Shown: positions 31,801 to 45,187 of the stretch, in pieces | Position numbering within the stretch: position 1 is the stretch's first letter | Layout of the letters: each line of letters starts with the position of its first letter | Program-made: the position numbers and the translations under genes | Notes under the pieces: generated by a model | What the model saw: the letters and a program-made list of their open reading frames with translations, nothing else | What the model was told of the DNA's origin: nothing | Database searches by the model: none | Assembly (NCBI GenBank): GCA_973895155.1 | Contig: OZ316892.1 | Coordinates: 1,739,223-1,803,222 of the forward strand | Direction of reading: 5' to 3' | Length of the DNA: 64,000 nucleotides | Source of the DNA: Marsupella aquatica | Lineage: Eukaryota > Plantae > Marchantiophyta

Positions 31801-33516
31801 TGCTAGTCACAGAAAGGTAAGCCTTGTGGGTTGTGACTTAAGTATGAAGGGAAGTCCAACTCTTGATTCGGACACAGCAAAGGAACTTTCCATCCCCTAA
31901 AATGATCAACGTGTGGAAGGGCACCGATTGCAGACGCCTTTGAGACTCAGAGGCGAACCGTACCGCAGGTCAGATGGATAGACCCAGAACCTGCTTTTAC
32001 CGCACCTCAACTGGTAAATGTGTGCAAAAGGCCGTCGATGACATTGAGAGAAGAACATGAATGCAGGTCATGTGGGAAGACCTAGGAAACATTTTCCTAT
32101 TCGACTCAACCTGAATTCGGTCCCGGTACTTAATCTCTGCTCCATCAGGTCATTAATTGGCGAGTTGTGACCCAGTTGTCGAGGAGGGGAAGTCCAGATC
32201 AACAACAGGAGAATATTGAAACCGATGAAACGATAAATGCGCGGAAAGGCCATCGATGACAAGCTCTCGAGACAGAGAAGCATCGGGATGCAGGTCGTCT
32301 GAATAGGACCAGAAAAGAGTTTCTCTGCGACTCAACATGAATTCGGTCCTGGTACTCACTTTTCCTCCATCCGGTAATCAATCAAAGAAGGGTAAGCCTT
32401 GTTGGAACTGACTTGGAGGTGGATGAGGGAAGTCCAGATCTCCATTTGGGTACAAACAGCAGAAGACCATTGTGTGTCACACCTTCCACTCAAACCCGTT
32501 ACACGATAAATGTGTGGAATGGCCATTGATGACAGAAACTCTCAAGATGGAGGAAAGAACCGGAATGCAGGTCGATGAATCAACCCAAAAAAACAGTTCT
32601 TCAAACCTCAAGTGCAGCATGCACCGCGAGGGCCCATCATGACTATTGAATACTACCCTGATTATCTACAATGTGCCACACTGCCGTGCGCAATTTTACA
32701 CAGCATAATAATGATGAACATGTTGTACAGTGGCTCAAGCTCTTAAACCGATACTTCCTCAAACACTAATCATTTGGATGGAAGGTGTGACACGTGTTTA
32801 ATCAACTTCAACGTTCAATTTAAACGCTGGTCAATCACGAATTGATTAAAGTCGTCATCCTCCTGTTTGTCATCGTGGGAGGGTTCGGCTAGGTGCACTC
32901 TTTCTTATCCAGATCGACTAGGAAATTGAAGAACTATGAGCCCAAGCGGGCTTTCATAGGCACCTACTCACCCTCACCCTCTATATCTCTCTCTCATAGA
33001 AGATATGACTCTCATGGTGAAGAGCGAGCAAAGAATCTCAAGTAACAAGTAAGAGAAAGGCGTACACAACACTGAACTTCGAGTTGCTAATTTTCCAGTT
33101 CGAGTAAGGAGAAAGCCTTGCTGGTATAAACTGTAACACCCTCTCCATAATCTGAAAGGGAGTCCTAGATTTTCCCTTCTGGCTGCTGTTTCCGGCTAAG
33201 GTGGTCGAATTCCGTGTCAATTCACTCGAAAAGAATGTCACAGAGAAACTGAAAGTCGAAATTGAAGTTCAGGAACGTCAGCAGCCGCCAGGGAAAGCTG
33301 GTCCGATTCGGTCGCCTCACTCATATCAGGTCTCAGAGAAACGCGATGGGATGAGATTTAATACAAACGTGAGCATGTCGTCAGTGAGACTCACCTAAGC
33401 GAGGTCTTCCGCCGGTAATAAAACGGGGTCCAAATTCGGTCACCTCACTCACAAGACATGTCACTGAGAAAATTCAAGGCAAAAAGGTTAACCTGAATTG
33501 GGTTTGCGCAATTCAC

Positions 33517-35409
33517 TCAGCTGAGAAAAGTGGTTCGAAGGCGGACACCTTGCTCGGTCTCACTAAGATAAGGGAACTCGATTTGGGGGCAATCCTCCAT
33601 CCCTGGCACGATCGCGGAAATGGGCTTCTTCCCCAACTCAGGGTCGTATTTACAATCAAAATTCTTGCTAGTGTACTGGTTGCAAACTTCCTCCGTTTGG
33701 CTGCGCTCACAAGACGGCAGCTTCTGGTCCTGTGCGTACCTGTACTCAATAAACCACGGCGACAGAGCTCCATAAGCCTGAGCTGAGCCTCCAAAAGTGG
33801 ACACGGGAGCTAGAACCAAATCGTCCACCATGCTCAAGAGGAGAATCTCCGTATACGCTTGCAAATCCACATCCACCCCGAACTCCTGTTTGTTCTCGTG
33901 CGTCAGCTGCACCACATTTACCTCACTCCCGTCCACTGTCGAATTCTCAATGTACATCTTCCTCACCACGTCGTGTAAGCTCAAGTATAGCGAAGTGACC
34001 AGCACGGAGATCCTCGTCGAGTTGCGTGAATTGTCATAATCATCAACAAGGCCAGGTAGGTTGGAGGAGGCTTTGGACGGGACTTCTTTCTCCAACAGCG
34101 CAGGAAGAATTCGATTGCTCGAAACGCAATCCACCACACGTTTGTTGATCAACTCATGCATCCGCCTGTACTGCTTTTGCCCCTTGAGATACCGCATTTG
34201 GATCCCTACTTTCCTATCAGCCGGTAGCAAGTAAGTGTCATGGAGCCGCTTGACTCGGGTCCAGATGTGATCGACGGGGAGAAGGAAAGACCGGAAGATG
34301 CGAGTAAGGATCACGTTGTCAGGGAAGAGAGCCTGTAGAGTGGGTCGGAAGGTGGGAATGGCGAAGGTTTTGGGGATGGTGTAAATGCATCCGGATAGAT
34401 ACACCCAGGTGATATCAGAATAGAAGGATTGCTCTGTTGGACAGTAGAACCTTTGGAACGGCTGCTTACGGTCTTTGATGTCTCCTGCAGCATAAGGGAG
34501 GTAGGAGGGAGGGGGAGCGGCGGTCAGATCGTCCTCTTGCTGCTCACAAATGCTCTCATGCTTGTCAATATGGCTGAAGACCTCGAGGGAGAGCTCCCAT
34601 TGGTCTCTGAAATGCTGTGGGGGAATAGGGAACGTCTCAGCATCCAGGATCCATGTGGAGCCGACGATTGGTTCGCAGATGGAGTTTGTCAAGTGGTGTG
34701 AGGTGGGCACCAGAATTACTCTCCGGGTGATAATGCCGTAGAACACCGAGTTCGCCACCACCTGCAGTCTGTTCCCGATTCCGATAGCGTCTTGAGTGTC
34801 TGCCACAACGAACTGGCAGCCGGTGTTGGTCTTCCTCTCCTTAAAGTACTCTTCAACGTTCCCCACTGCTTTCATGCACACACGGTGATACTTTGAGTAC
34901 TCTTCATAGACCTCCTCCCACAGGGGATTCAAGGGGAGATCCTTGGCGTGCTTCCGTAGAGCGTACATAGGGGCCAACTCCGTTCTGCTGCGGCATGGAT
35001 TCTTGCTTTCCCATTCTGCCAGCTGCTCTTCGCTGAGGCTGCCATCCCACCCCACGTAGCCTTCCCCTAAGGTGGCAGCTGCAACACGAGTTCTTTCCCT
35101 GAAGTCCTCGATCAAATCTCTCACTAACTGCTCCCCTGAACTGTTCTGCTTGGAGTTGTGCCCATCGAGCAAATTGAAGGGGGGCCTGTGGCACTCACGA
35201 GGGGCCGTCAGTCCGCTGCCGCTGTACCTGCCCCCGACCCAGACGCCTAAGAAGGAGGAAGACTCTAAGGTGGAAACGTAGTAGCCCAGGAAGCCCAGAA
35301 AAACCAGAGCACCGATGATCGCACCGCAGTGCTTCCCAGCCTTCGGCTTCTTCATTAGGACAAGCCTCCACTCAAAGGAGTTCCTGGGACTAAACTGAAA
35401 GGCGGTCAT
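33517..35409 (-). CDS. GT37-family (xyloglucan/galactoside 2-alpha-L-) fucosyltransferase, type II membrane protein, intronless CDS
   Basis: Long ORF with N-terminal TM segment (GAIIGALVFLGFLGYYV), CQFVV...GIGNRL..ANSVFYGIITRRVILV, KVGIQMRY, VLVTSLY, AYTEILLLSMVDDLVLAPVSTFGGSAQAYGALSPW, CERSQTEEVC. Real start probably ATG 35409 or 35355; the track start is a TTG. Confidence 0.92.
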   Translation of the reverse strand: MTAFQFSPRNSFEWRLVLMKKPKAGKHCGAIIGALVFLGFLGYYVSTLESSSFLGVWVGGRYSGSGLTAPRECHRPPFNLLDGHNSKQNSSGEQLVRDLIEDFRERTRVAAATLGEGYVGWDGSLSEEQLAEWESKNPCRSRTELAPMYALRKHAKDLPLNPLWEEVYEEYSKYHRVCMKAVGNVEEYFKERKTNTGCQFVVADTQDAIGIGNRLQVVANSVFYGIITRRVILVPTSHHLTNSICEPIVGSTWILDAETFPIPPQHFRDQWELSLEVFSHIDKHESICEQQEDDLTAAPPPSYLPYAAGDIKDRKQPFQRFYCPTEQSFYSDITWVYLSGCIYTIPKTFAIPTFRPTLQALFPDNVILTRIFRSFLLPVDHIWTRVKRLHDTYLLPADRKVGIQMRYLKGQKQYRRMHELINKRVVDCVSSNRILPALLEKEVPSKASSNLPGLVDDYDNSRNSTRISVLVTSLYLSLHDVVRKMYIENSTVDGSEVNVVQLTHENKQEFGVDVDLQAYTEILLLSMVDDLVLAPVSTFGGSAQAYGALSPWFIEYRYAQDQKLPSCERSQTEEVCNQYTSKNFDCKYDPELGKKPISAIVPGMEDCPQIEFPYLSETEQGVRLRTTFLS

Positions 35410-38400
35410 GGGCCTCCAACGCAAAAGGAAGTCGAATTTTTTTCCAATTTTAAGTCCGGTCAGCAGGCCCTGACCCACTCTAACGATGAGAATGACCCCC
35501 ACCCCCAAATCGTTCGCTGGACAATCAGAATGACTGAAGGGGATCTACTCCTAATCTCTTTCCTTCTTCGTCACGAACCATTGCTAAACCCCTACTGATG
35601 TATTCACGAGTTCTAATCCACCTGCGAGTCTCAAGCAGACTGGTCCAATTCCCCACTCTAATTCGCTGCTGAGATCGGGATGAGAATCTGATCCGACACA
35701 ACTGCATGCCAACCGTTTTCAACTCTACTCCATTACTCCACTCCACTGCACTCCCAATTCAATTCAATTCGGATCCTTCACTCTAAACCCCAATCTCCCC
35801 AAAACTGTGTTAAGCTTCAGCTCGGTTCAACTGCCAGAGATTTCGAAAAGCTCCCGCTCCAACCCGTCAACTTAACTCGTCCTTCCGTCCGTCGTTCCTC
35901 CTGGGTTGATCATGACCATCACAAACCACACCAAGTCTGTTCGCCTTAAGCTCGATTCCAACAGCACGAGAGAGTTTCGTGGTCCGTCCCGCTAATGCAC
36001 CACAGGACTAGTCCACAGGGAGCTCCCCTTTGCACCCCAGCAGCACAACCACACCCGAACCAACCGAACAGAGTCGGACGGCAACCATGCCACACCGGAA
36101 TGTAGACGAGCTTGCTGGATTTTGCTTCCAGCCTGCTCCACGCGGCATGCTCGATAATCACCAAACTCAGCGGCTGACCCCGGGCTTTTGCAGCACGACT
36201 TCTTCAGTTGCATCCACGCCAGACCTTTGTGGCAGAAGGGAAAAGACACCTCGCTATCACACCGCGTGCTAACAGTTCAGGCAGGCCCCATTTTATTCGA
36301 ATCAATGGGCATCAGCCCTGCATGGAGGGAGGGATGGAGGGGCTTACACCGCCCCAAGTATACCCTCTTCCTCCGGGCTCTTCCTCAAGCTAGCACCAGC
36401 AGGCAGTAGTAGTAGCAGTAGTAGTTCAGTGGAAGAGTGTGATGACGGCGCTCTCAGTAACGTGGTGACGGCTCTCTCAGAAACGTGGGCAGCCATGACA
36501 CTCCCCATGGCCGGGAAATCGGGTTCGTTTCCATCTGCTTGGATGCCAGAACGACGGGTCTCTCTGACGCACCGCCGGCAACGGTTCTGAAATCTGGGCA
36601 CATTCGGTATTCGGTAAGCGATGAAGGAAAACTCGAAAAACGGAGGTAACAAACCGCACTTTCGCTGCCAGGACGTCTCGTCTCGAGCGGCTTGCGGAAA
36701 TAATAATGCGGGCTATGGCAGAAGCTGACAAATTAAGCAATCGAAAAAGCAGTAAACCGCGATTCTGCAGAACAATATGTTTGTTCTGTTGCGTAGATTT
36801 GTCTCCTTTGTCACGCTACTGTATACTCACGCAGGTTACTGTCGATGACTACGGTACTTACTCGTTGTATTCTTATGAAGAGAGTGGCTACTGCATTGTT
36901 TCTTTTTTCCTCTTGTTCTCATTGATCTAAGAGCCTGAATGCACATTCTTTGAATGAGTATGGGTCCATAACAAAAATTAAACAGGCATAATCATTTTGA
37001 CATACCATATACACTGTTTACTCTCCATGGAAATACATTTGGTGGGGCCCTAGAGTTAGTGTCATTTGGTGGGGCCTTAGAGTTACTGTCTAGAGTGTTC
37101 ACTAGAAGCCTAGACCCCAAGTCTGGCTTCTATTTGCAAATTAGTACTAAGGTACTGTCGATGACTAAGGTACTTGCTTGTTCTATGCTCATGAAGAGTG
37201 ACCAATGTATGCTTTTAGTCCTCTTGTTCTCATGTAATGTATCTATCTATATGTATAACTAATTGTGAGACTAATTGCAACGGAACAAAAGGCGCCCAAT
37301 GTGGAGACACTATCCCACAGGAAAAAAAACCCAATCAAGGGAAGTCAACCAAAGAGCCAACTAATCGGGTCTCAGTAACTGCACATCAAAATATGACATA
37401 TACGATGTATGACACCCCTGCATACTGTGATAATCTTACTGTAATGTTTTCTTCCATCAATGAATGCAGTCACATTTTGATGTGTGATTACCAGCAGGGC
37501 AACTAATCCATGTGCTGTCTTGAATAGTTCTCTGTTAAGCTTATTAGTTAGAGCATGACCCAATACTTCAGCCTTGTGGGGTGGTTGTGTTGTGGTCCTG
37601 ATATTGTTGTAATTGTGTCATCATGCTATCTTTGTGAAGTGATGTAGCTACTTTCATGATGACATTCCCACCATATAGCCAAACTATGTGGCCTGGACAG
37701 GGTATTTTTTAGTGAATAGGGAGGTGACACAAATGGCCAAATTATACATTTTTTGATTGAGCTCAAGACACTTGCTGTTGTATGGCCAATTTTAACCATT
37801 TGATCACATATGGGTTGATCTTACCTGTTAATAGAGTTAAGATCATACATCTTAAATCTACTCAATCATCGATGTTGCTTTTAGAGTTGCTAATTGGGCA
37901 AATAATTCAGCATTTTTTAAAAGAGGTCCATTGTAAATTCACAATTATTGTGTCCGGCTGCTCAACTGGTGAAAATTTGGCAGCAAAATGTTCCCTGTGT
38001 TGGGAGAAGAAACAACTCAATCATTAGCCTTGCAATACCAAGAAACAAACCCTACTGTTCTCAAACATGCTGGCCACTTGGTCCCAGACCCACCTAAATG
38101 TCCCTCCTGGCCACCATTCATAGGCTCAAGAAGAGGTTGGGAGAGAAGGCCTCAGGTAATGGCTGCCATCCTAGGCAAACTATACAGATTGATCAAGGGG
38201 TTTCCAGTTGATAAAGTTGGTCATTCTGCCTAAACTAAAGCTTTGCTTTTTGTGTGATAGTGCACTGCCACAGGTGGGGAATGGTAATTGCCCAATCTTC
38301 AGCCTGACTGCCAATTTGTCTCGTACTTTGGCCAATGCTGGTTGTGAGAGGTCTCCACGTACTCTCCAGCCTTGGCTCAGCAGCCTTACACAATGTTTGT

Positions 38401-41400
38401 TATTGACTAGTATGCTTGTGCTGATGAAGTGTGAACTATATATGCCTGTTCATCAACCTTACAAAGAGGGTGGCCTTTTCAAAAAGTAGGGGGCATTTGT
38501 GACCTTTATCACCAAATAAAATTGGAGGGTCACTTCTTGTTCCAAATATAAACTCCAGACCAATTCTAAAATGTTTTGAAGTGAACATTTGAAATGCAAA
38601 TCCGGCCATCTATCAAGTGTGGATGTCTTCAGAGGAGTTCTCAAGTGCCATTAGTCTTTGTCCGATGCCCCACCCTCTTCTTTGGTGCAGTCTAGGTGGC
38701 AATACCATGATTGGTTGATCATGATGCTCTGGAAAAACTAAACCAAACAGTATGGATAGAAATGGACCAAACTATGTTTTGAATTAAAAAGCAAGTCACA
38801 TCAAGACAAAGGGACTCACAAGCAGGTGACAAGGATAGGTAATAGTTTTTGCCAGTGTGTCCCCCTAGTTCATGTAAAGTGAAGTTTGGCCTACTCCCAC
38901 ATTTGAAAAGTGACTATTGCATCTCAGACCACTCTCAGAGACCTGTCTCCCCCTTGTTTTCTTTAGAATTATAGATCACCTTGAACCCCAGCCAAACAAT
39001 TCCAAACTTCATTCAAGAAAAGAAAGCTACCACCAAAATTTGTAAGACCAGGGAAAAAACAAAGTTCAATGAAAGGAAAGTAAGAGAGGTCCAAAGAGGC
39101 CACACCAAACAAGAAAAAAAAAAGCAAGTGCAACCCTGAAAAAATAGAAGAAGAGTGGGGGAAGAGTTGGTAACACTTCACTAGGGTCTACATCAAAAGC
39201 ACATGGGGCAAGACCTAATCGTCCACATATTATAGTCTGAGTTCATGTTTAGTGTATGCAACTGACCTCGCACTTGCAATTCGTGAACTACTTGCCATAT
39301 AGGACCATAGACACCATACCTAAATGTGAAAAGTCAATTGCAGCAGTTTCCATTTATTATATGGTATCGGAAGGAATCCAAAGAAGCAATGGGCCCCAAG
39401 GAGTTGTAAAGCCTCCTTTTGTATGTTATTGACAATTTATTGGGGCTTATATTATGATGATAACTTTAAGAAATGTATGCGTGTTTGTTCTTTTCGTTTT
39501 GACTTTTTCGTTTCTGTGTTACTTTCAGAGTATTGTGACCCCGGTCAACAGCGTAGGCTTGATTTTCGTTATTGACCCCTTTACGTGACCTGACCCACAT
39601 GCGCGTTTGATACAGTCCTGTTCCAATTGCTTTGGCAGATCTAGTGGCTGCTGAGGGTTTTGACTGCTTTGCTTGCTTGAAGCTGATGAACTGGACTTGT
39701 GTTAGACAACAGCCAGCTGAGAGATACCCCTTCTTGAAAAAGTTTGCTTAATCAACCCCCTCCATGCTTTTTCCCAATCTGGACCCTTGATGGACCTTTA
39801 GATCTCAGATCTGGACCGTTGATAGACCTCAGGGGGTTGATAAGTAACAAATTTCATTGTGGGGGTCCGTCAAGCAAGTACCTCCAGCCAGCTGCCCCTT
39901 TTGTAATCGTTCCTTCGTGCAATTTGGATGGAGCCATGGTTTTTTCTCCTCTCCAGCTCGTTTCTCGTGCAATCTGGTGAACCCAGACATTCTTGTTCTA
40001 TCAGGCCGCCACTACAGTAGTGAGTTCCGTGTCCATCTTGCCGTTTGGACAAGCTATGTCTGTTTGTCCTTGGTATGTGTGAGCTGTTCGCTCTTGTCCG
40101 CTTAGTGGATTTGTATCTTTCAGTGGCTTGACGATCCCATGAACGGTGTAGGTGTGCTTGTTTCTCCATCAATGAACAAAGCGAGTTCTGGTGAACAGGC
40201 TTTCTCGCCTACTGCCTGTACCGTAGCAGCACTGCCAGCCCAGGATTTGCGCAACGGATGATCTCGATCGATGACGACCTTCTGAAACAGGCGAACCTCA
40301 CTATAAGCCAGCGGAACGGATGTGACTCCGTGCAATGGATTTACAAGCTGAGGGAGGTTGACAATTTTCCCCGCAAGCTTTTGAATGCTCATTTACACGG
40401 CATAATCATGCTTTACGCAACTTACTGTCCTTCGACACTCGACTCCTCCGCCCCACCTGATATCAACTTGGCAAGAGCTCCGAATGATGCATCTGGTTGT
40501 TTCGGGGAAACTTCAGCTCATTCAATGTTGGAACGCATTGACGCGAAGCAATTCCTTCGTGATGCAGTAATAGTGTGGCGTGTGAGCTCGTGCCTTTCTA
40601 CAGCTCAAACGTGTCCTCAGTTGACTGGTGGAGAAGATGATAAAGGGGCGACGACCTCATTTCTCTCGAAGGAACAACTTATCCGCTTTACAAAAAGTGT
40701 TATCCATCCATGTAATCCACCTCTTTGGAAGACCATCCGGCAGGAGAATCCTTTTCCAGGTTTCCTCGAGACCAAATAAGACAGAAAGAGAGAGCGGTCA
40801 TATTGACTTGGGATAAAACTGAGCTAAAACAGATAAATGTTTTTAAAATGTCAAAATCAATCATCTTCTATGCTATAGGCCTGTGCCCAAGGAGTGCTAG
40901 GAGTCTATTTCAGCTTCATGGCCGTTGAGGCTATAAAGAATAACGAACACATATAGTAACTAGTGTAGCTTAGAAGCAGGACCACGAGGAAAGGATAACA
41001 GAAGAACCCAATAAAGCCAAACATTCATACAGAATGTTGTGAGCCCTACTAGTAACCAACTAATCATCGACCACTACATATTATTGTCCTGTATTGTGAC
41101 CAACGAGCATATGGCTGCTTCTTGCTCATGATTGTCAAGACTTTCACCTCCTCTACAGTGAACCCCTGCGGAGCTACATGGGACAGCTAGAAAGTCCCTG
41201 TTTACCAAGGAATTATGGCATCCCTCAATAACTGATACGTGAAAGAATCCTCCAATTTAATTTATTTTGAAATGAGACAACTCCGGAAGTGCAATTTTTC
41301 AATCAAAATAACTTTCTCCACGAGTGCATCAGTACGTTTTTGCCTTGGAAATCACCTTCATTAAATAGGTCACTGCACTCAAGAGAATCCCAAGATATAT

Positions 41401-44400
41401 AATCCTTAATAACTATCCATATGCTGAAAATAACATGTCCTCCTTGGCCTGAGAGATATAGTTTGTAAGGACGAAGGACCTGTTTGAATGTGACCACCCA
41501 TGCCCAATTGGAAGTAGGACATGCAAGCAGTGAAGTTTAAGAAAGAAAATGGGGCACGCACTTGTGCGGCAAGAGAAAATGACCCCCGAGCCTAGATTGA
41601 CCCTAGAACAAACTAAATAGGATATTTTTTATTGACTGGTTGGCTTTAAAGAACAAATAGGCCTATTTAATTGTAAAACATATTTTCTTTAAAGTTTCTA
41701 GGAGTTTTCAGTAAAAAAAATGGCCAATTTTTTTGGTTAAACAAATTCACTTATAAGTTAGGGGGGTCAAATCCTAAAACATTGCACGCAATGTATGGCC
41801 TCCATATAGTGACCCCCTCACCCCCCCCCCCCCCCCCCAAAAAAAAACTAAAACTAAAACTAAAAAAAACTAAAAAAAACCAAAAATCTAGAAGGTTAGC
41901 TATCCCCAGGTCTTTGTGTTTTCATCAGATATGGATGTGAGTTGTAGCCAGTCAGCTAGGCTAGAGCAATGGGTAAGTGTTCTTCCCATGGTCCAGCCAA
42001 AATTTTGTGACTTCAAAATTCCCTGCACATGTCTAGTTTCTATATCAACTACCATTCCAAAGTGGAGATTGCCCGGCCTGGTTGCAATTGTTGTGGTGTG
42101 CTAGATTAACTTGCTTGGCATGCTAGACAATGTCAAGATGCACTCAGTCACAAAGGCCCGCTGGGCTCCTTTTTTCACCACAGCAAACTTAAGGGCCACT
42201 TCTTGTTTGTAACTCTATAGACTCCAACCCAATGTCTTTTAAAATAAACTTCAATACAAACAAATCAACATATGAAGGAGCCAAAGTTTGCAAATCAAAC
42301 ACTCCAGATCAGCATATACTTGGGCCCACTGGCTTCCATGTTAGACTCGTAGACACCATACCTTAATGGTCCCCATTTCTTGTAAAGCAAATTGCAATAA
42401 TTTCCATTCATTATATGGTCCAGATTCAATTTCCAATGAAATATAAAGAAGATAATGGGGCCCCCCTGCAAAGCCACTCTCATATGTCTGGTTGACAAGT
42501 CATCACTAACATCCAAAAGCATGCTTTGGTGACTTGTGAGAGTTGATAACTTGACCCCCACACAATATATGCATGTCATTGATATATGCTACTGTGATGT
42601 ACTACCTAACTCCTAAACTCACTCTAATTACTAACTTTCTTGGAGTTAGTTTGGGGGAGGGTATAAAAAATGTTTAAATGTTCTTCTAGTTTTGTAAATT
42701 AGTTTGAATCCCACGGTCCTTGAGAAAATCATGAATTACATATTTTTCCTTGCCATAATTTTGTGGCTCCACCCCGCCTCGCACACTGCATGGTCTCCTG
42801 GCAGTCTGGCCCCATGGCACTCGCCACAGCAGCTGCTTGTGCATGGGCTCGCTGTCATACTCGCCAGCTGCTTCTGCATTAGTTTGCTGAGTCTCACGCT
42901 TGCTCTCACATTCTGTCCTGTCCGAAATGCTCCACTCCCCCATTCAGACGCTCCTGAATTCAGTCCTCCAGCAAGCCCGCTCAGGAAAGAGCAGCAAATT
43001 AGTGGTGAGCAGCAACTTAGTCATGAATTTGGAGCTGAGATTAGTGTGGGGACTTTATATAGTTTGAGGTTCAGGAACAAGTAGAATGTAACAAATACAC
43101 TAAGGGTGGGCGAATAAGGTTGGGGCAGCCAGACGCTTTACAATACGGTAGAATCTGGAGCTTGTGTTGGAAACCTACCAGGAGTCTGTTATCTGTGACA
43201 ATTCAAAATCGTTACCCAGCGTATGTTTCTTGTGCAACTAATGGTTCCTTGCAATTTCTTAGGCAGAGTAATCTTCCAACTTCTTAGTGTGTTGTTGCTT
43301 TGCAACCTGCATGGTCTATGAGTGGCCTTTACATATTTATCCCATGGTCCACCTCAATCCTCATGGACATGGTAGCTAGTCACTCATTCATTTACCTAAG
43401 TTTAATTGGATGCCTTGCCTGTCTGGTTGGTTTGCTCTGTATTTCTTTCACCTCCGCTACTCTCCATAATTCCCGTTTCTTCTCTTCCTCTTTTCCCTTA
43501 TTTTCTGTTTCCCTGACCTTTGTTTTTGTCCTCCCATGGAGTCTGGCTGATTTGTACCTTTTGCACTGCTCTTCACATCCCTTTGAATCATTTGCTTGTG
43601 TTGCATTTACTTTTGTCCCTGGGTTAACTAAGTGGGGTTAACTAAGTGTATATTTTGGGGTGCCACGTACAATTCTAGCCTAATATAAATAGACCTATTT
43701 TATAAAAAAAATATTCCAAGAAATTTTTTCATTTCAATATCAATTAAAAAAATTATTTTATAAAAGATATATATTAGAGAATATTTTATAAACATGAGTT
43801 TATAATATATATTTTTGTTGCCTACGCTTTTTAAAATTTAGTTGATTTCTATCAAAAATACATATTTTGTATTGCACATGGTTCCTAAGATTTTTGATAG
43901 TCAACCCCGGAAGATTTTTGTTTCTTCAATTTTTAGCGTTTCTTTTGCACGAAAGAGTTCTTGATACTCCGGATTGAGCAATTTGTTAGTAAAACAAGTG
44001 CTCAAACAGACCTAGGAGCAAAGCGGGGAAGGGAACAATGACAGTCAAGCTCGGGAGTCTCACTATATGGATGCCTCCCCATCACCTGCGACTTTTTTAG
44101 GCCTCAGACCCCCTAAAATGTAATAAAAAATAATTATTTTTCAACCCCTATAAAGTTGGAATATTCTTGAAATATTCCAAAAATTTGGTTATAAGGACCC
44201 TAATCTTTTTATAAGTCTCAAAATTTGATTTTAAAAACCCTATTGTTCTTCTCAAAAAATTCTTAAGTCTTCCCTTTGAACCAATAAAATGCCTATACTT
44301 TGTCGCACGTGATGTGCCATTTTTGTGAAAGTGAGACCCCCGAGCAGTCAAGTGGGAGTTGTTATAGTCCAGTCAAAGGAAGTTGCTCGGTGAGTGTCAT

Positions 44401-44689
44401 CTCAAACAAGACTCTCAATGACCTAGACTTTGCTCGTTTTGTACTTCTTTTGTGCTGCGTCTACCATACCTTGGTTTTTGTCCACTAAATTTGCTATTGA
44501 TGGTTTGTTGTGTTTGCAGCCATGGGTGAGCCACCCCCACTAGGGAGAACACCAAATCTAGAGGTGTTGAGCCTCACTGGTCAATGCTAGCTAGCGTTGA
44601 ACTTGTATTGATTCCCAACATAGCTTCTCTCAACTATCAGCAAGTTCCGCAGCAGTTAATTAAGGCAGGACATTTGCCAAAATACTACA

Positions 44690-45075
44690 GAGGCAAATAG
44701 GCAGGTCAGACAAAAAATAAGACAAGAGATTAGGCATACAAGCAAAGTGAACACGTAGACATTTAGATGTGCAAGCAAAATGAACACAAAGGCACTCAGA
44801 CGTGCAAGCAAAGATAACACACACGTCAAACAGGTAATAAGATAGGACATCAGGCGTGCGATTGAAGATAACACGCAAGCAATTAGGCGTGCAAGCAAAG
44901 AGAATACACAAACAATCAGGTGTGCAAACAAAGAAAACATACACGTCACACAAGTAATAAGACAGGAGATCAGGCGTGCACCGAGGGCGTGCAAACAAAG
45001 ATAACATGCAGACAATTAGGCGTGCAAGCAAAAATAGCACACAGGCAATCAGGCGTGCAAGCGAAGAACACACAG
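44690..45075. repeat. Minisatellite, ~33-bp units with core aggcgtgcaagcaaa and a recurring longer variant
   Basis: About 10 copies of (a)t[t/c]aggcgtgcaagcaaa; explains spurious ORFs 44656-45015 and 44660-45073. Confidence 0.9.
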
Positions 45076-45187
45076 AAAATTACACGGGCTTGTAATGCAC
45101 TGTCTTATGAAGCAGTCCAAAGGAATAGACAAATTAAGTCAAAAGAAAGTGGTTTTTTTTGCTTAGTTTAGCCAGGGCACCATACAT

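Noticed and set aside
37960-38060. CSLC..EETTQSLALQY as a LINE zinc knuckle
   Set aside because: Needs a frameshift and lacks the His/Cys ligands; too weak to call.
44656-45171. Cys/Leu-rich membrane-like ORFs
   Set aside because: Produced by the 33-bp minisatellite in several frames.
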